A DNA stretch of 40,298 nt. Origin: Mesotaenium endlicherianum. Its lineage: Eukaryota. Positions 19,441-32,293 of the stretch are shown piece after piece (positions within the stretch are counted from its first letter, which is position 1; every line of letters starts with the position of its first letter). Under the pieces are notes generated by a model. That model was not told the DNA's origin. It made no database searches and saw only the letters and a program-made list of their open reading frames with translations. The translations under genes were made by a program, and so were the position numbers. Where the stretch lies: contig WELA01000853.1 of NCBI GenBank assembly GCA_009602735.1, positions 205,967 through 246,264 of the forward strand. The letters run 5' to 3'.

Positions 19441-22274
19441 GTAGCACACAAGCAAATAGACAAGGAGTACCAACCTGTGATATGCTGATGATGCTTGTGG
19501 CCTCCGTTGAAGATGGCTAAACATTCTGCAATCCAAGGACCTTCTTCTGCACCAGTTGCACACTAAGCTTGGGGTATTTTAAGTGTGATACACACGACAA
19601 CTGCGGAAGAACTTTGAGAGTGACTCTTCGCCACATTCATTCTCAGATTCAATTTGCAGCCATAGCGATTTTATGATGATAAATCCCAAGGTAAAAATGT
19701 CAAGCAAATGAAGACTGGACACTCAGCGATATGAATCTACTGCATGCGGTAGCGTTGATACTGGTCAATCTTGACATAAGCAATGATAAAAAAAAAGCGG
19801 CAGACATGTAGGCATCCATTGGATCAAGTACATAGCAAGTGACATGTTTCTCTCCTACTTAATGCAAGTAGATTAGAAAATAGGTGCGCACCTGTGTGTA
19901 ATCTTCAAGAGCGAGCTAAGGCTTTCTGCACCAATATAATAATAATAACAGGAATTCTACTGGTGCTATCTTGCTTAATGGGACTCCAACGCCCATGGAC
20001 CGCAAACATTTGGCCTGTCGTTTCCATATCCTAGTCTCCTAGACCGCATATCACACAGCTTATTTAAACTCTACTTTGTGGACCAAGAAAGAGCAACAGA
20101 AGCTTACAGAGTTTAAGAAATTAATGGTGATAGAAGGCGTTTGATCAAACTCGGGATCTGGCTGTCTGGCTCAATTTTTCCAGAGAGCTGGAGGAAGGGG
20201 GGCGAAAATACTGAACAGAAGGGAATATGTTATATAGTATGCCCCCATTCACGGAATATAGATCGTACCTCGATCCTCACGTTTTTGGGTGCGCTTCATG
20301 AGAAAAGAGTACAAAATTAAGATGCCTGTGCACTCGACAAGTACCGACAAAGCACTGTTGTACAGTCAATTCTTGTAACCGATATGCAATTGACTAGCTT
20401 GCATGACTAATATCAATATAAATAGGAAAGAGAGTGTAAAACATCTAGACGTCTACATTTTCCTCCCAGTAATTGGTGCTGATGGGTGTGGCCCACGAGT
20501 CTAGCTGGCCTCGACATGTAGAATGTTGACTGGACTTATTCACCTTGTTCCAGATTACTTACTCAAAATCCTTCTCTTTACAATCAATGGACATCTTCAC
20601 AAGCTTGATTAGCAACAGGAAGAACTCAATTGGGGTACTCTCAGCTTGAATTAAGCACAACGCTCTAATCAAGAAGTCATTCATTGTCAATAAAAGATCC
20701 AATTCATATGTCACTTATGAAACTTTTCTTGAACAAGATGAAGAACAAGGTTGAGACTTGCAAAGCAGGCACTCTTTACCCTCACTGAAGACTTCATACC
20801 GAAGGAGGTATCAATATAGTGTTCACCTTTTTTTACTGTATAGGTTTTATATCTTTCCTTCAGCACGCACTTGACGGTTAAAAGAGTCACAAAATACACT
20901 GATTCTGACAATCAATAAGAACCATATGTCCACATGCAAAAAAAACTTGGATTCTCATTTTTTAATTCTAAATTTGGCATAGAGGATGTAAAGTGTACTG
21001 TTCACCAAGTAACTTGCTGGTACTGAACATGCGCACATTTAGGGTTTTTTTCTCATCTTGTCATGTGCTTTGCTGTCTCACACGAGTAATGGTGCGGCTT
21101 ATTTCAGGCGAGGCATCAATTTTAATCGCAAATCAGGACGTAGCTAATACTTGGAGGTCATATAAGGTATGCAGAGCATAACAAAGAAAGCAGGAGAAGA
21201 GCAGCGTTTTATTTGACTTGAACAGAATTGTGAGTGTATCATTCAGGTTCAGAGCAATGCATGGATCTTTGAAAGTATGCTTGGAGCAGCAGAGGGCATC
21301 TGAGGAGCAGCAAAGGATGTCAGCAGAGCAGCAGCAGGCATATGAGAAGCAGCAAAGGGGGTCAGAGAAGAAGCTTGAGGCATCTAATGCGCAGCTGAGG
21401 GAAGCAGAGCAGGTTGATGCAGCGATGGAAGCAGCGACATTGAGGCTGCACCCTACCAGCAAGGGTGTTTTTGCAGCTTGAACAAGAAGCAGTGTTGGGA
21501 GGGGAGAAGGGCTATCACACGCGGACAGTAAGCGTGAGTGCCTCCTTGCTTTTGCAATTTTTTCTTCATGCCGTGGGTGGAATCCAGTCAGAAACCTATC
21601 GGCAGGCAACAAAGCATCCCCAAGAAGCTGTATCAGTTATATTCATCTTCTTATACCTGATGTCAACAAAAAGTTGACGAGCTAGGTATTGCATGTGATC
21701 AGAAATTTAGATGAAAACTGCAAAATTGCGCAGTGAATTGATCCTGTCATTTATTTTTCAAAATTTTGTACTAACAGGCCCTTTCATTATGAGAATGCAA
21801 CCACCTCAAACAACCTCACCAGCTTCAGCAAATGCCTGGTGATATAGCCACTCAGTAACAAGATTGTGTGCACTTCAGCTCCTGGTCACGACTGTTGTCT
21901 TTGCTCCCCTACTCCTAACAGCTACAGGAGCGTCCCGAGGCTTTCAGCTCAGAAACTGGTGCCCCGAAGAAGCAAGTGGGAGGCTTGGCACATGGTCAGC
22001 TGGCAGCAAGTTCCTCGGGAGCCTCTTCCCAAGGAGCACAAGAGGAGCATGCTGACCAGCTTCAGCAGACAAAGGAGGAGGTCAGCTGCAGCAAAATATA
22101 AGGGAGGCCCAGGAAACCTTCGAGGAGCAGCATAAGTTTGCCCATCATGTATGCCCTTGCTCCTGAGACTTCTGTGGCGCCCGCTGGCAAGTTAGGAAAC
22201 CTGTAATGCTGCTGCAGATGTGCAGATGCATATACCTCCTGGTCATAACTTCCTTGTATCATGTTGCATGAAGG

Positions 22275-24603
22275 GGCAGGAATTATTGAATTCACAAAAC
22301 AAGCAACAAGAAGGAAGCATGGCCGGGCTAGCGGAGAGACAGATGGCGTTGCCTGTAGACTCTTTGGAGCCGGAGACAAATCATTGGTCTTGCAATTGTG
22401 GGTACACAGACATCGACAAAAACCATGCAGATTTTCGACAGTGTGCAGTCTATGCAAATGATATCTACCATCATTTGCGAGTAACAGAGGTAAGCTGGTG
22501 TTGACCGGGCCTACCTTTTGCTTATTGGTTTTTCTATTCTCTTGAGGCATTTTTTACGTTCATTATCAGTAATATAAGCTCGATTTGCATTTTGCATAGG
22601 TATGTCACTCATACTTGGAAGCTAGTTCTTTGAATGCCTTGACAGCTGTTAAGAAGGCCAGCACAAGGTTATATGGAAGAAATACAATATCATATGTCCC
22701 CCAAATGCCGAGGCATCCTTGTCGATTGGCTAGTTGAAGTAAGCAAGCTGTAACTAGCTCAAATTGTTGCTTTTGAAATCTATCACTACCGATCAAATGT
22801 ATCGTGATAATGCTTCTGTAGTCAATCTTGCTTTTAATTAGTCAATATAGCTGGTAATTTTGCAGGTCGCAGAAGAGTATAAACTGGTCCCAGATACTCT
22901 TCATCTGGCCTGTTCATATATCGACAGATTCCTTTCCTCAAATGAGATCACGAGGGATCGTCTACAACTCCTTGAGGTATCGAGTATGCTGATTGCTGCG
23001 TAAGTTGATTATCTTTGCTGTCTAGGACTTTGCCTCAAGTTGGGCATATGTAAATTAATATTTGTTGTATTATTGGAGCTTTTTGTGAGGTAGAGTGACC
23101 TTTGTCTTTGTCTTTTTCCAACAGCAAATTTTTAGAACAACAGGCACCCCAAGTTGAAGACTTGTGCAACATCACGGATCATACCTACGACAGAACGGAG
23201 GTATGTCAACACTTTTATATCCTTCAGGTGTGGAATGCCTATCCAGCACTGCAGTGCATACAAACAGGCTCTGGCTTACACCTATAACTGTAACTAATGA
23301 CCTACAGCATGTAGGCCTGCCATTAGATGTCAATATAAGTAATGATCTGTTCGCTTCTACTTGCAAGTAATCAAAATGGAAAGAACTGTCTTCAATGCTT
23401 TGAAATCTGAGTTGAACACTCCCACAACAATATCTTTCATACGATGAGCCAGCCATCCTGTAGGATGCACTTCCTTCCGGAGAGCCAGTTCTCAAGAACC
23501 ACACAGGTTTAAGTCAGATATTGAGTGACTACTCACCTTCTTTCATTGCCATGTCTTATGGCAGGCGTTTTATAAGAGCAGCACAAGTTGGTTACATGGT
23601 ATTGTCACATCTTGCCTGGAAATGTTTGAATTTACTTCCGCAGATCTTTCATGGCTGGGACAAGGTCTTAGTCCGACTTAACACTGGGATTATGCAATGT
23701 TGATATACAAAGGACACCAACTCTTTTGATATGGCAGCAGAATAATTTACAACTTGAATGTCTCGCAAAGTATCTGGGGGAAATAGCTCTTCTTGAGTAC
23801 AGCGTCATTCAGTTTGTGCCGTCTGTCATTGCTGCGTCGGCCGTCTTCTTGGCCGAGGTGATACTGCATCCACAAGGTCGCTCCTGGGTATGTATGCTAC
23901 TCATGTAGTATCCTTCTACCACATTGACAAACCTCATGGGATATGGGGTTTGGCTGTGTAAAACTGCTGCTGTTGGAAAGTTCTTAAACGAGAATCCGTG
24001 GTAAGTTCATCTCATAAGTACGATTATATATGACCACAAAAAATTCTGTTCAGTTTGCACCTTGCAGTATGGTCAGTGTACAATAGAATGATATGCATTG
24101 GAAAGTTGAGCGCTAACATTTGTGCCTGGGATTGCAGACACCAACTCTTCATCATTACACTGGTTACAAGCCGTCCGACCTTCAAGAATGTGTCCTGTCC
24201 CTTCACGCTCTTCAAGTCAATACCAAAGGGTGCACTCTTTCTGCAGTGCGGGAAAAGTATCGGCAGCCAGTGCTGTGTCTTCTGTAACCGCTGGTGCTTG
24301 ACGTGAAGCACTTCTATACACGTTGACACCTCTTCATGATCCAAAATATCCAGCAAATCCTGTATTGGAGTACTTGGGTTTGAATAATTATAGTAGCTAA
24401 TAGGTATTGTGTCAATGCTTCATGCATGGATCTCTTGAAGGCTGCGGCGTGCGCTTACTATCAGATGACCAGCACTAATTGCAGTCTTTTGTATCCACTG
24501 TATTCTCTTGCAGTATGAAGGAGTGTCTGATCTTTCACCACCGCAAGAAATTGTTCCTGAGCTTTTTGAGGACGTATTTGACGTGACGTCCCTATTTGCA
24601 TAG
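22275..24603 (+). pseudogene. CYCA: A-type cyclin, divergent and probably pseudogenised; exons ~22275-22489, 22646-22738, 22866-22999, 23125-23200, 23367-23443, 23565-23598, 23738-23887, 24138-24269, 24514-24603
   Basis: YANDIYHHLRVTE | LLRRPAQGYMEEIQ..CRGILVDWLVE | VAEEYKLVPDTLHL..YIDRFLS..RLQLLEV..MLIAA | KFLEQQAPQVEDLCNITDHTY | VIKMERTVFNALK..TPT..SFIR | RFIRAAQ | LECLAKYLGEIALLEY..PSVIAASAVFLA | TPTLHHYTGYKPSDLQECV..AVREKY. All exon phases are compatible, but the 23367-23443 exon has an AA acceptor and an AT donor. 5' exons unresolved (possibly from about 21250). Confidence 0.92.
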
Positions 24604-25805
24604 TGCCGCGTTAGGCTCCAAATTTTTTAACATTTTGTGCTGTACAGGTCTGCGAAATGAGTTCCTAGAACAAGTATAGATGTCTTTTTTTTCCAAGAAC
24701 AGTGATTGAACTTCCTGGGCAGCCATTTATTGAAGTAATCATGAAGTTTCTTACCTTTAATTGATTACAGATGCATTTACACTGCAAAATTTGACCAGAT
24801 ATTTAGACAATCATAATGGAGCTTAAGTTCTCAGCAAATTATTGCTTGGGTGAGGAACACCGACAAATTATATTGCATAATGGCTTCAATACCTCAGCGG
24901 AGTGTAACAGTCCTAAGGATCTGAATGATGTTTGTCAGCCAACAGGCTGTATCCTGTCAATCTAAGTGCTTCTTGGCAACCATCACGGTGCCGTTTCCTT
25001 GTCATTCAGACGAGTAAATCTCAAGCCGAAGTTACTGATGTATCCCACTGAGGGTACTAGTATTGCCGGTTATATCAGTAAAGGAAACTGAAGAGAAATA
25101 AGCATTCAGGAATCTTTTAGAGACAGTGATACAAATCCATAGTAGAGAATATTTTAGTGATTTTTATTTTTCAAGTACATTATACTTCGGGGATTTCTTA
25201 AATTTCTTTTTGGAGAATCCACATAAACTCGGCAAGGCCTGTGGAGGCCATGTGTACATGCTCGTGAACACGCTGGTTTGCGTTTTCCACTTTGAGGTGA
25301 GGCATAGCTTGCAAGATCCTAAGATTCTTGACCTAATTTCCCCGCCTTAGTGTCGGACAAATGATGGTCTTACTCTTCATAGTAATACTTATTCCTAGTC
25401 CCAGCTCTGTTTCGTCCCTCAACACCAGCTAGGAAAGATCATATGCTTTTTGGCTCACGCAACATCTACTTTTTACTCAAGCATACAATGTAGGATAGAA
25501 ACAAGTTACAACGTGTTAAATACTTGTCAAACTGTCGTCACATGGTCACAGTATACGTGCCGACCACCTGCATCAAGGTTGATCTTAGAGTATTCAGCAC
25601 CTCTCCTCACTTAAATAGGTGGCCAGCCTGCCTGCTAGGCCCTTAAGGGACCTATAAGTTGGCACCCTGGCCGTGTTGCCGTTTTGCAAAGGCCTAGCAA
25701 CACTGTAGCGCTTGCATGGAACATTCTTGTGGAAGTGAGAATCAATTTCAAGTTGTGCAATAACAAAAATTGTCCATGAACAGGATTGAAGCGAACCCCT
25801 ACCGA

Positions 25806-25854
25806 CCTGCTCTCATAGCAAACAAAGAGAGCCTGCTCTCATAGCAAACAAAGA
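25806..25854. repeat. 23-nt direct duplication
   Basis: cctgctctcatagcaaacaaaga occurs twice with a period of 26. Confidence 0.85.
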
Positions 25855-26235
25855 CGCTCTCTGTAATCTAGGGGATCAAACTCAGGGTGCCAACAGCCCC
25901 AACTACGGACTATTACCGTTTACACACAGACACGCATGAACTTAGTCTTGTACGCTGTAGAGAGATGTGGCAAGATTGACAACCGACTAGTTACACGTAA
26001 ACATACATGAACTTAGCCTTGCATGATGTAGAAAGGTCTGGCATGGTGGATTGACAAAGGTGAAAAACAACACAAGAACGCCAGCAACATATAGTCAAGC
26101 TATGCAAGTAGACAAGCACTCAACACTGGCCTCTTGAGGCGCAATAAAGCGGAAGTGAGACCTGTTAGAAGGACAGCATACACTGCTCTTCACCATATCA
26201 AATATCCATCTTTCATATGCACTCTTATGCGCTTA

Positions 26236-28773
26236 CTACTGACTTGCAATTGTGCAACTGCCAGAACTTTCACTCACCCTCAATCCAACCACCGGAACTT
26301 TTGACATCACGCTCCGCGTGACTATGTGACCTTCACCTTGCAAGTGTCCCCTCCGCATATGCCCCAAAGGCAGGCTCTAGAGGCCTCGGAGTTGGGCGCC
26401 TGGTATCTTTGAACAGCTGTCTAGCGTCAGCAGGCTGCAGCCTGCGGCAGGGGCTCCCTCCAGCTGCATAATTGGCATAGCTGTCATACCAAGCTTGCCT
26501 GTAGTCACACGCGCAGCGGAGTGAGACTGCCACATGGCGCTCCAGCAAGAGCAGGCCACCAATGAGGCTAAGCAGCATGCAAGAGTCCAGCCTCAACACC
26601 TGCAGGGCAGGTGTGGATTCCTTCCCGATGTGCCACTTGGGCCCTTGCACTTGCGACAAGATCTCCTCTAGATCCTCAAATTCCGAGTCAGGGTCACGCT
26701 TTCGAGACAATTCAACCGTCAGGGAGGTTAGGTGTGTGAGGTACTCAAGACGAGGCCATGCTACCTCTCTGAAGAGGGTCACATTCAAAGAGAGCAGGTT
26801 GGGTGTGTATGCAAAAATGTCTGGCTGAATTGCTACAGGTCCCATGGGCTCCAGAATGAGATCCTCCAAAAGAAATAGTTGATCTTCAAGCTTGGGAATA
26901 GCGTCGGCAACAATGCACATGTCCTTGATATTGGGGCCCAGCCGCAACGTGTCCATGAAAGGAGTCGGCTCATCTTTGTCAAAGAAGGTGATTGAGAGAG
27001 ACGTCACTTTGTGCCCCTTGAAGATCTTTCTCATCTTCCTTGCGCCAGACTGCAGCAACGACAAGACACGGAGAAAACAGATTCAGACTTCTAACTTAAT
27101 GTGATGAGGTTTGAGCTTGAGCTAAAGTAAGAAAACAAGTGCACCATAAGAAAGAAAAGCAAGACTTGGCTGAAGCTCTGGAGTACTTACCGGAGGACAC
27201 GTCATGGCAACCAATTTGAGACCCTTCATCTTGAGGAGAGACTCCAACAGCAACTTGCTGGGAGGCTCAGACCAATCATCGTACTCAAATCCTGCAAAGC
27301 TTGGGAAATCTGCTAGCCAGAGGGGCAAAGGTGCCTCCATTGTTGGCCTCCTTAGAGAGACGTGAAGCTCCTCGAGATTCTTAAGCTGTCTTAAGGTTGT
27401 GATGACAGGGATGCAGGTAAACCCGGGATAGTAGTAATCAAGTACGAGCTTCTTTAGATTCACTTGCTTGCTAAGTCCAAATTCTCTAATGCTCTTTGAT
27501 AGCTGCGCCAGTTGTTCTGTTCAAAGGAAGTTGCTGCTCTGGACATAGACAGATGCAGCTCCTGGACGTCGGTGTTAAGGGAAAGAAACAAGGACAGGTT
27601 TTCCAGGTCCTTGACTTTGCTATCAAAGGTGAAGTCAAAATACGTGATCATAGGAAACTCGGTGGCAAGCTTTCTCACGAACACCGAGTAGTGGCTTCTT
27701 ATTGGTGCATCAAAGGAGACATGCGTGACATTCTTGGCAGTGTGCAGCGTTTTGAGCAACACGTTTACATCCAGCATGGATTGACAATAAGCGCGCGTGA
27801 AAGTGGAGCGCAGGACGATGCACCACCTTGTGAACACACTGCTCACCCTCTTGACCTGATCCATCGATAGTTCACTAATCTGTGTGTGTGGTGGCTCTGC
27901 GGCAGGCTTGACACAAACTGATCGCAGGATGACTTTCAGAATGTCAGCGGGCAAATCTGCAATGCTTAATGTCGATGCTTGTGAGGAAGAGTTTCCCTGT
28001 TCCTGTGGACAACAAAAAGGTTGTGACAGACAATAATAGTGAGTCCTAATTCTTGACATAAAGAAGGATTCAGTTGTCACAAATAAGCTGCAGCAACACA
28101 TAAGCTCATCAGAAGGTGGGAGGTTGCAATGTGCCTGGATGGGATGTGGAAGAATTTAACCAGGTCAGAGAAGCCAGCCACAACTTAAATCCCCCTTTCT
28201 TTGACACTAGCCATTCAAAATTTCCAACATTAAGCAGGCACATTTAGCCTCATTCTGCAAAATTATTCAACATTTTCAGCAAATTGCGACAATCGTAACC
28301 CGGTAGTAAGACTTCAATATCAAGTGTGCTGTATATGATGCATCACCATATGGCAGTGATAAATTCTTTTGGATGTTAGACTCTGCCTTATACATGTACT
28401 CAAATGAATATGTGCACTAATTTTGTAGTTGCCTTCTGATAGACATGTGCCGTGGTGTGGATACATCAGTACCATAACCTTCTTTTTTTGATTTTACAAA
28501 AGTCACTCCAAGCTTGTGCTTTGATGATCCCCTGCTATGGTCCTAAGTTCCGCGTAGAAGCCATAAATATGGCTAACCAAGAGACCTCATGACACATTTA
28601 TTGACCTGCAGCTAAGCTGGCCATGCAGGCATATAAAGATGCAATCTTTGTTGCTGACATCCTGTTGTACGTACCTTCTTCACATCATTCCTTCTTTCAT
28701 GAGGTTTCAGCATGCAAGCTTATCCGCTCTTAGTCTTGCCCTCCATCTTCTCCTTCAAATGCTTCACATCCAT
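26236..28773 (-). pseudogene. F-box/LRR-like paralogue 2; exons 28773-28675, 28002-27191, 27049 onward
   Basis: F-box-like SIADLPADILKVILRSV...VKRVSSVFTRW, then LRR-like units (NLEELHV, LLEDLIL, PNLLSLNV, THLTSLTV, PALQVLRL). In-frame TAA at 28722-28720 in exon 1 and a 1-nt deletion near 27473. Canonical GT-AG introns. Confidence 0.88.
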
Positions 28774-30869
28774 GGATCAGAATATGTCGTCCCAACGATA
28801 AAACAAAGCACAGTGTTCTCACCTCGCAATGAACTAGTTTCTTCTTGAGCAACAGATGTAAACATGAACATAAATGCGCAACTAGCTAGTGCATGCCGAA
28901 GTTAAGTCTATGTAGCGCACTAATATAAATTGCGGCAGTGCCTCGACCAAGCTGAGATCAGATGGCTTAAGAAGGAATTTCTACTTACTTTATAGCTCCT
29001 TCCTATATACAGGTGAGCTTCTGCTCCCTTAAGGGCCAACCATCGATCATCATGCATGGTCCACGATCTGTGGCAAGTAAAGTGAGAGCATGTACGGGTT
29101 CGATCAAAAACTCACAATAAACTGGTCAAGCATGCACACCCATAATTGAACATTGAATGCTCTTTATCTTACATTTTTTTAGCCAAGCTTGTCTCCACGT
29201 GTTTGCATAAGCCTCCAAGACCTAGCTCGAGATCCTTACAGGGCCGGTCGAATGAGAATAACATGGTTGTGGTCATTGCAGTAACGAAATTTCTCGACCT
29301 GGAAATAACTCAAATAATGTATAGCTCCCAGTATGTGAAAAATTTGTGAATGTACAAAATGTACAATGAAAAATGTGCGGACAATGACAAATGTGCGGCC
29401 CACCTATATCAAGCCTCCAATTCCTACTTCAATTTCTAGCATAATTTCTAGCGAAGACAGAACCTGAGAAGCATGTCTTCACAATCCACAATCGACGTGT
29501 CTACCTAACTCTTACAGCAAACTAACGCTAGCCGGCCTCTACCTTCGATCCCAGCAAATGCTACTAACCTGTGGATAACGCCTCTCCCTTGCCTTAATCC
29601 TTTGGCCCCTCATAAAGATGGCTTTCTCTAGGCAGCAAAAGTCCTCTGTTTGAAGTTCTGCTTCAATGGCAACATCAGACAAACCCTGACTGACTTGAGA
29701 GGCATTGTAAAGGCTCTACGAAGATTGTAATTGGTGACAATCAAACGCATGATGAGGATATGTGCCACTTACCAGCTGTGGTGCTATTAAGAAGCTTCCA
29801 TGCAGCCAGCTAATAGAATAGCGAAGCAAACTGTGCAAACATGGACTAGAGGGAGGGTGAGAGGACGGAGAGAGGGAGGAAGAGAGGGAGGAGGGGCAGG
29901 AAGCAGCGTAGGGAGAAAGCAGTTTCATTGATTGAAAATTACCCTCCGAGCGCTGCCTCCTTGAGAGTTTGCCAGCTGGAGCTTTCGAGTGGATGTCTTG
30001 CCGCCAATGACTCGTTGCCCCTAGGCTGCTTGGCTCCCATGCGCCACATGGCGAGCCAGCCTCCCAAATATCTGGAGCCTGTGTAGATTGCTCTGAGATA
30101 GGCACCTCCTCCTTGAAGTCCCTGGCTCTGAACCTCCAGCTGGCAAGGAAAAATACCTCTCGTTCTTCCAGCGCTTTGCCACCTGTCCTACGGTGCGTGG
30201 CCTCATCCGACTCGTCTCCAGAGCTCTCTACTCTTCCTCAGGCCAGCCCCTCAAGGCTGGATCCCATGTTCTGCTCTGCCTCTGGCAAGCCCGGGTCTCG
30301 TGAGCTGCTGCCTTAAACCCTGAAAACCTCACCAGGCCCCGCATGCACTGCGCTTTGTCCTAGCTTCTTGTCGACTGGGGTGGCGCTGCTGCTCCTAATT
30401 CTTTCTCCTGCAGCAGGTTGCTGCGGGGATCCACAGCCATGGCGTCGACGTCTGACTTTGCGTGACTTCTGATCTCTGAAGCCTCAAAACCCTCCAATAT
30501 TGCTGTGAGCTGCAAGCCTTGGAGCTGCGGGCAAAGGGGCCCCAGAGCTGCGACACGCGAGCATGCCTTGAGCAGACCGCAGAACTCTCGAGAGCCTGGA
30601 GTCCGGAGCATGCGGCCGGTAGCGGGCCGAGGTCAAAGAAGGGGCCAAGGGACAGGAGGCCACCGACTCAGTGTGGTGCTCAAGCCTACTCCTGTCTGCC
30701 CTTCCCGCGGGCCTCAAGAGGGAAGCAGCCTCGGCCTCTCCTGGCCTGGGCTTCAGCTGCGCTGCCTGCGTTGCAACGGCGCGCACACGTGCGCCACCTC
30801 TGGCCCCCAAAAGACAAGGCGTTGCAAACTGCGCTCGCTTTGCTGCGGGGTCTGTGCTCTTCCCACTTG

Positions 30870-31040
30870 CTCGCTCGCTCGCACCCTCGCTGCCTGCCTG
30901 CCGGGGGGGCGGGCATGCTGGCCAGATGGCCGGCTGGCCGCTTGGCCGGCTGGCCGGCTGGCGGCAACGTGCACCTTGCAGGCTAGGGCGCCAGGTGGGG
31001 CTGGCATCAGATCGGCGTCGAAAGGGCCCAGCGGGGGGCT
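30870..31040 (-). repeat. GC-rich dispersed repeat, inverted relative to 15720-15880
   Basis: Reverse-complement match described under the 15720-15880 feature. Confidence 0.65.
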
Positions 31041-31686
31041 GGGGCGTTCAGCTTTGCTTGCAGGCGTGCTGGCACAGGCTGGGAGGGGGAGGCTTGGAGG
31101 AAGGGGGCAGGGATTGGGGATTGGGACAGAGACGGGCAGGGGTAGGCGTCAAAGAGTTGACCTGACTTCCACTTTATAATTTTTAATATCAGGCCAGGAG
31201 GGAAGAATGCTTGTGCGCATAGGGTTCGGCAGGGTTTAGGGTTCATATTTTCAGGTTCATGAGGTGCAGGGCTCCTGAAAGAGGAAGGCAGACGTACTTT
31301 CATGCGCTGTATTTGCTCATTTGCTGCACGCCACACACACTTCTTGCATTCCTTGTAGTGTAGGGTAGCCATATGATCCCGCGGGCTGTGTCTGAGTCGC
31401 CACCTGTCAAGGGCCGCTTTCACCTCTTGCAGGCCGCACGGCGGGCTTAATTAGGATTCAGGGTGCAAGCTTCCCAATTCAGCCTCAACCGCCAGCTAAT
31501 TGAGAATTTGGAAAGCACCTGGAGTTCGTCGGGAACTCAACTGCGCGGGTAGCACTTGCGAAATTCTTGTGGAGTCTAAATTGGCAGGCTATAGACGCGC
31601 CAAGGCAGCCTACTGCAGGGTGCGGGCTTTGGGGTTCAGGGAAGCAGGGCAGCCTTCGAGAGGATCTTAGGAGCATCCCCTCTCTC

Positions 31687-31722
31687 TGTGTTTGTGTGTA
31701 TGTGTGTGTGTGTGTGTGTGTG
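31687..31722. repeat. (TG)n microsatellite
   Basis: Direct read. Confidence 0.9.
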
Positions 31723-32186
31723 CGCGTGCACGCGCCACCTATTCCTTTTGCCCCTGCAAACCCTGAAGGCTGATGCCGCACGACACCCCTGAGTGAGTGC
31801 CAGGTGGAGCATGCGGGCTACGGGCACTCAGGAGAGGGTTGCGGAGGTTGCTGCCTCCGTGTGTACGTGCGTGTGTGCATGCGTGCGTGCATGCGTGCAT
31901 GCTGGCAGCTCGTGCGGCGTGAGTGAGATTTTAAGGCACGGAGGGGGACGGGCGGGGGAGGTGTGACGGAATTGATTGGGGAGGGGCTCGTCTCCCTGTG
32001 GACTTGCTTCACTTTGGCTCGCCTCAATTTTTGTGCGGCTTAGATTCGGGTTTCAAGCAGGCTCGTCTCCGTCTCTACTGCAGCCTAGTAGTAGTCCGCG
32101 AGAAGTTGTGCAATTGTGGGAGATCGAGGAGGTGCGAGCGGAGTCTGGAGGCGCTTGGCCGGCTAAATGCTGAGGGTGCGTGAATG

Positions 32187-32293
32187 GTGCTGCTGCTCTT
32201 GCTCCTGCTCCTGCTCCTATTTCTGCTCCTGCTCAAGCTCCTGGTCCTGATTGTGCTCCTGCTCCTGTTCCTGCTCCTGCTCTTGCTCCTGCT
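32187..32293. repeat. (GCTCCT)n hexamer repeat (Ala-Pro if read on the plus strand)
   Basis: Direct read; it explains the RS-repeat ORF on the minus strand. Confidence 0.85.

Larger units (their letters stand above)
18690..20150 (+). pseudogene. Possible highly decayed DNA-transposase relic
   Basis: Ordered motifs KRRTIFAL...NYCTIC (18897-18980), YADDACG (19481-19501) and MDRKHLACRFH (19995-20027), with many stops. Recognition is by eye only. Confidence 0.3.

Noticed and set aside
29716..31423. ORFs of 108-224 aa in the second GC-rich block
   Set aside because: No domain, overlapping frames and repeat-derived composition; a decayed exon cannot be excluded but is unsupported.
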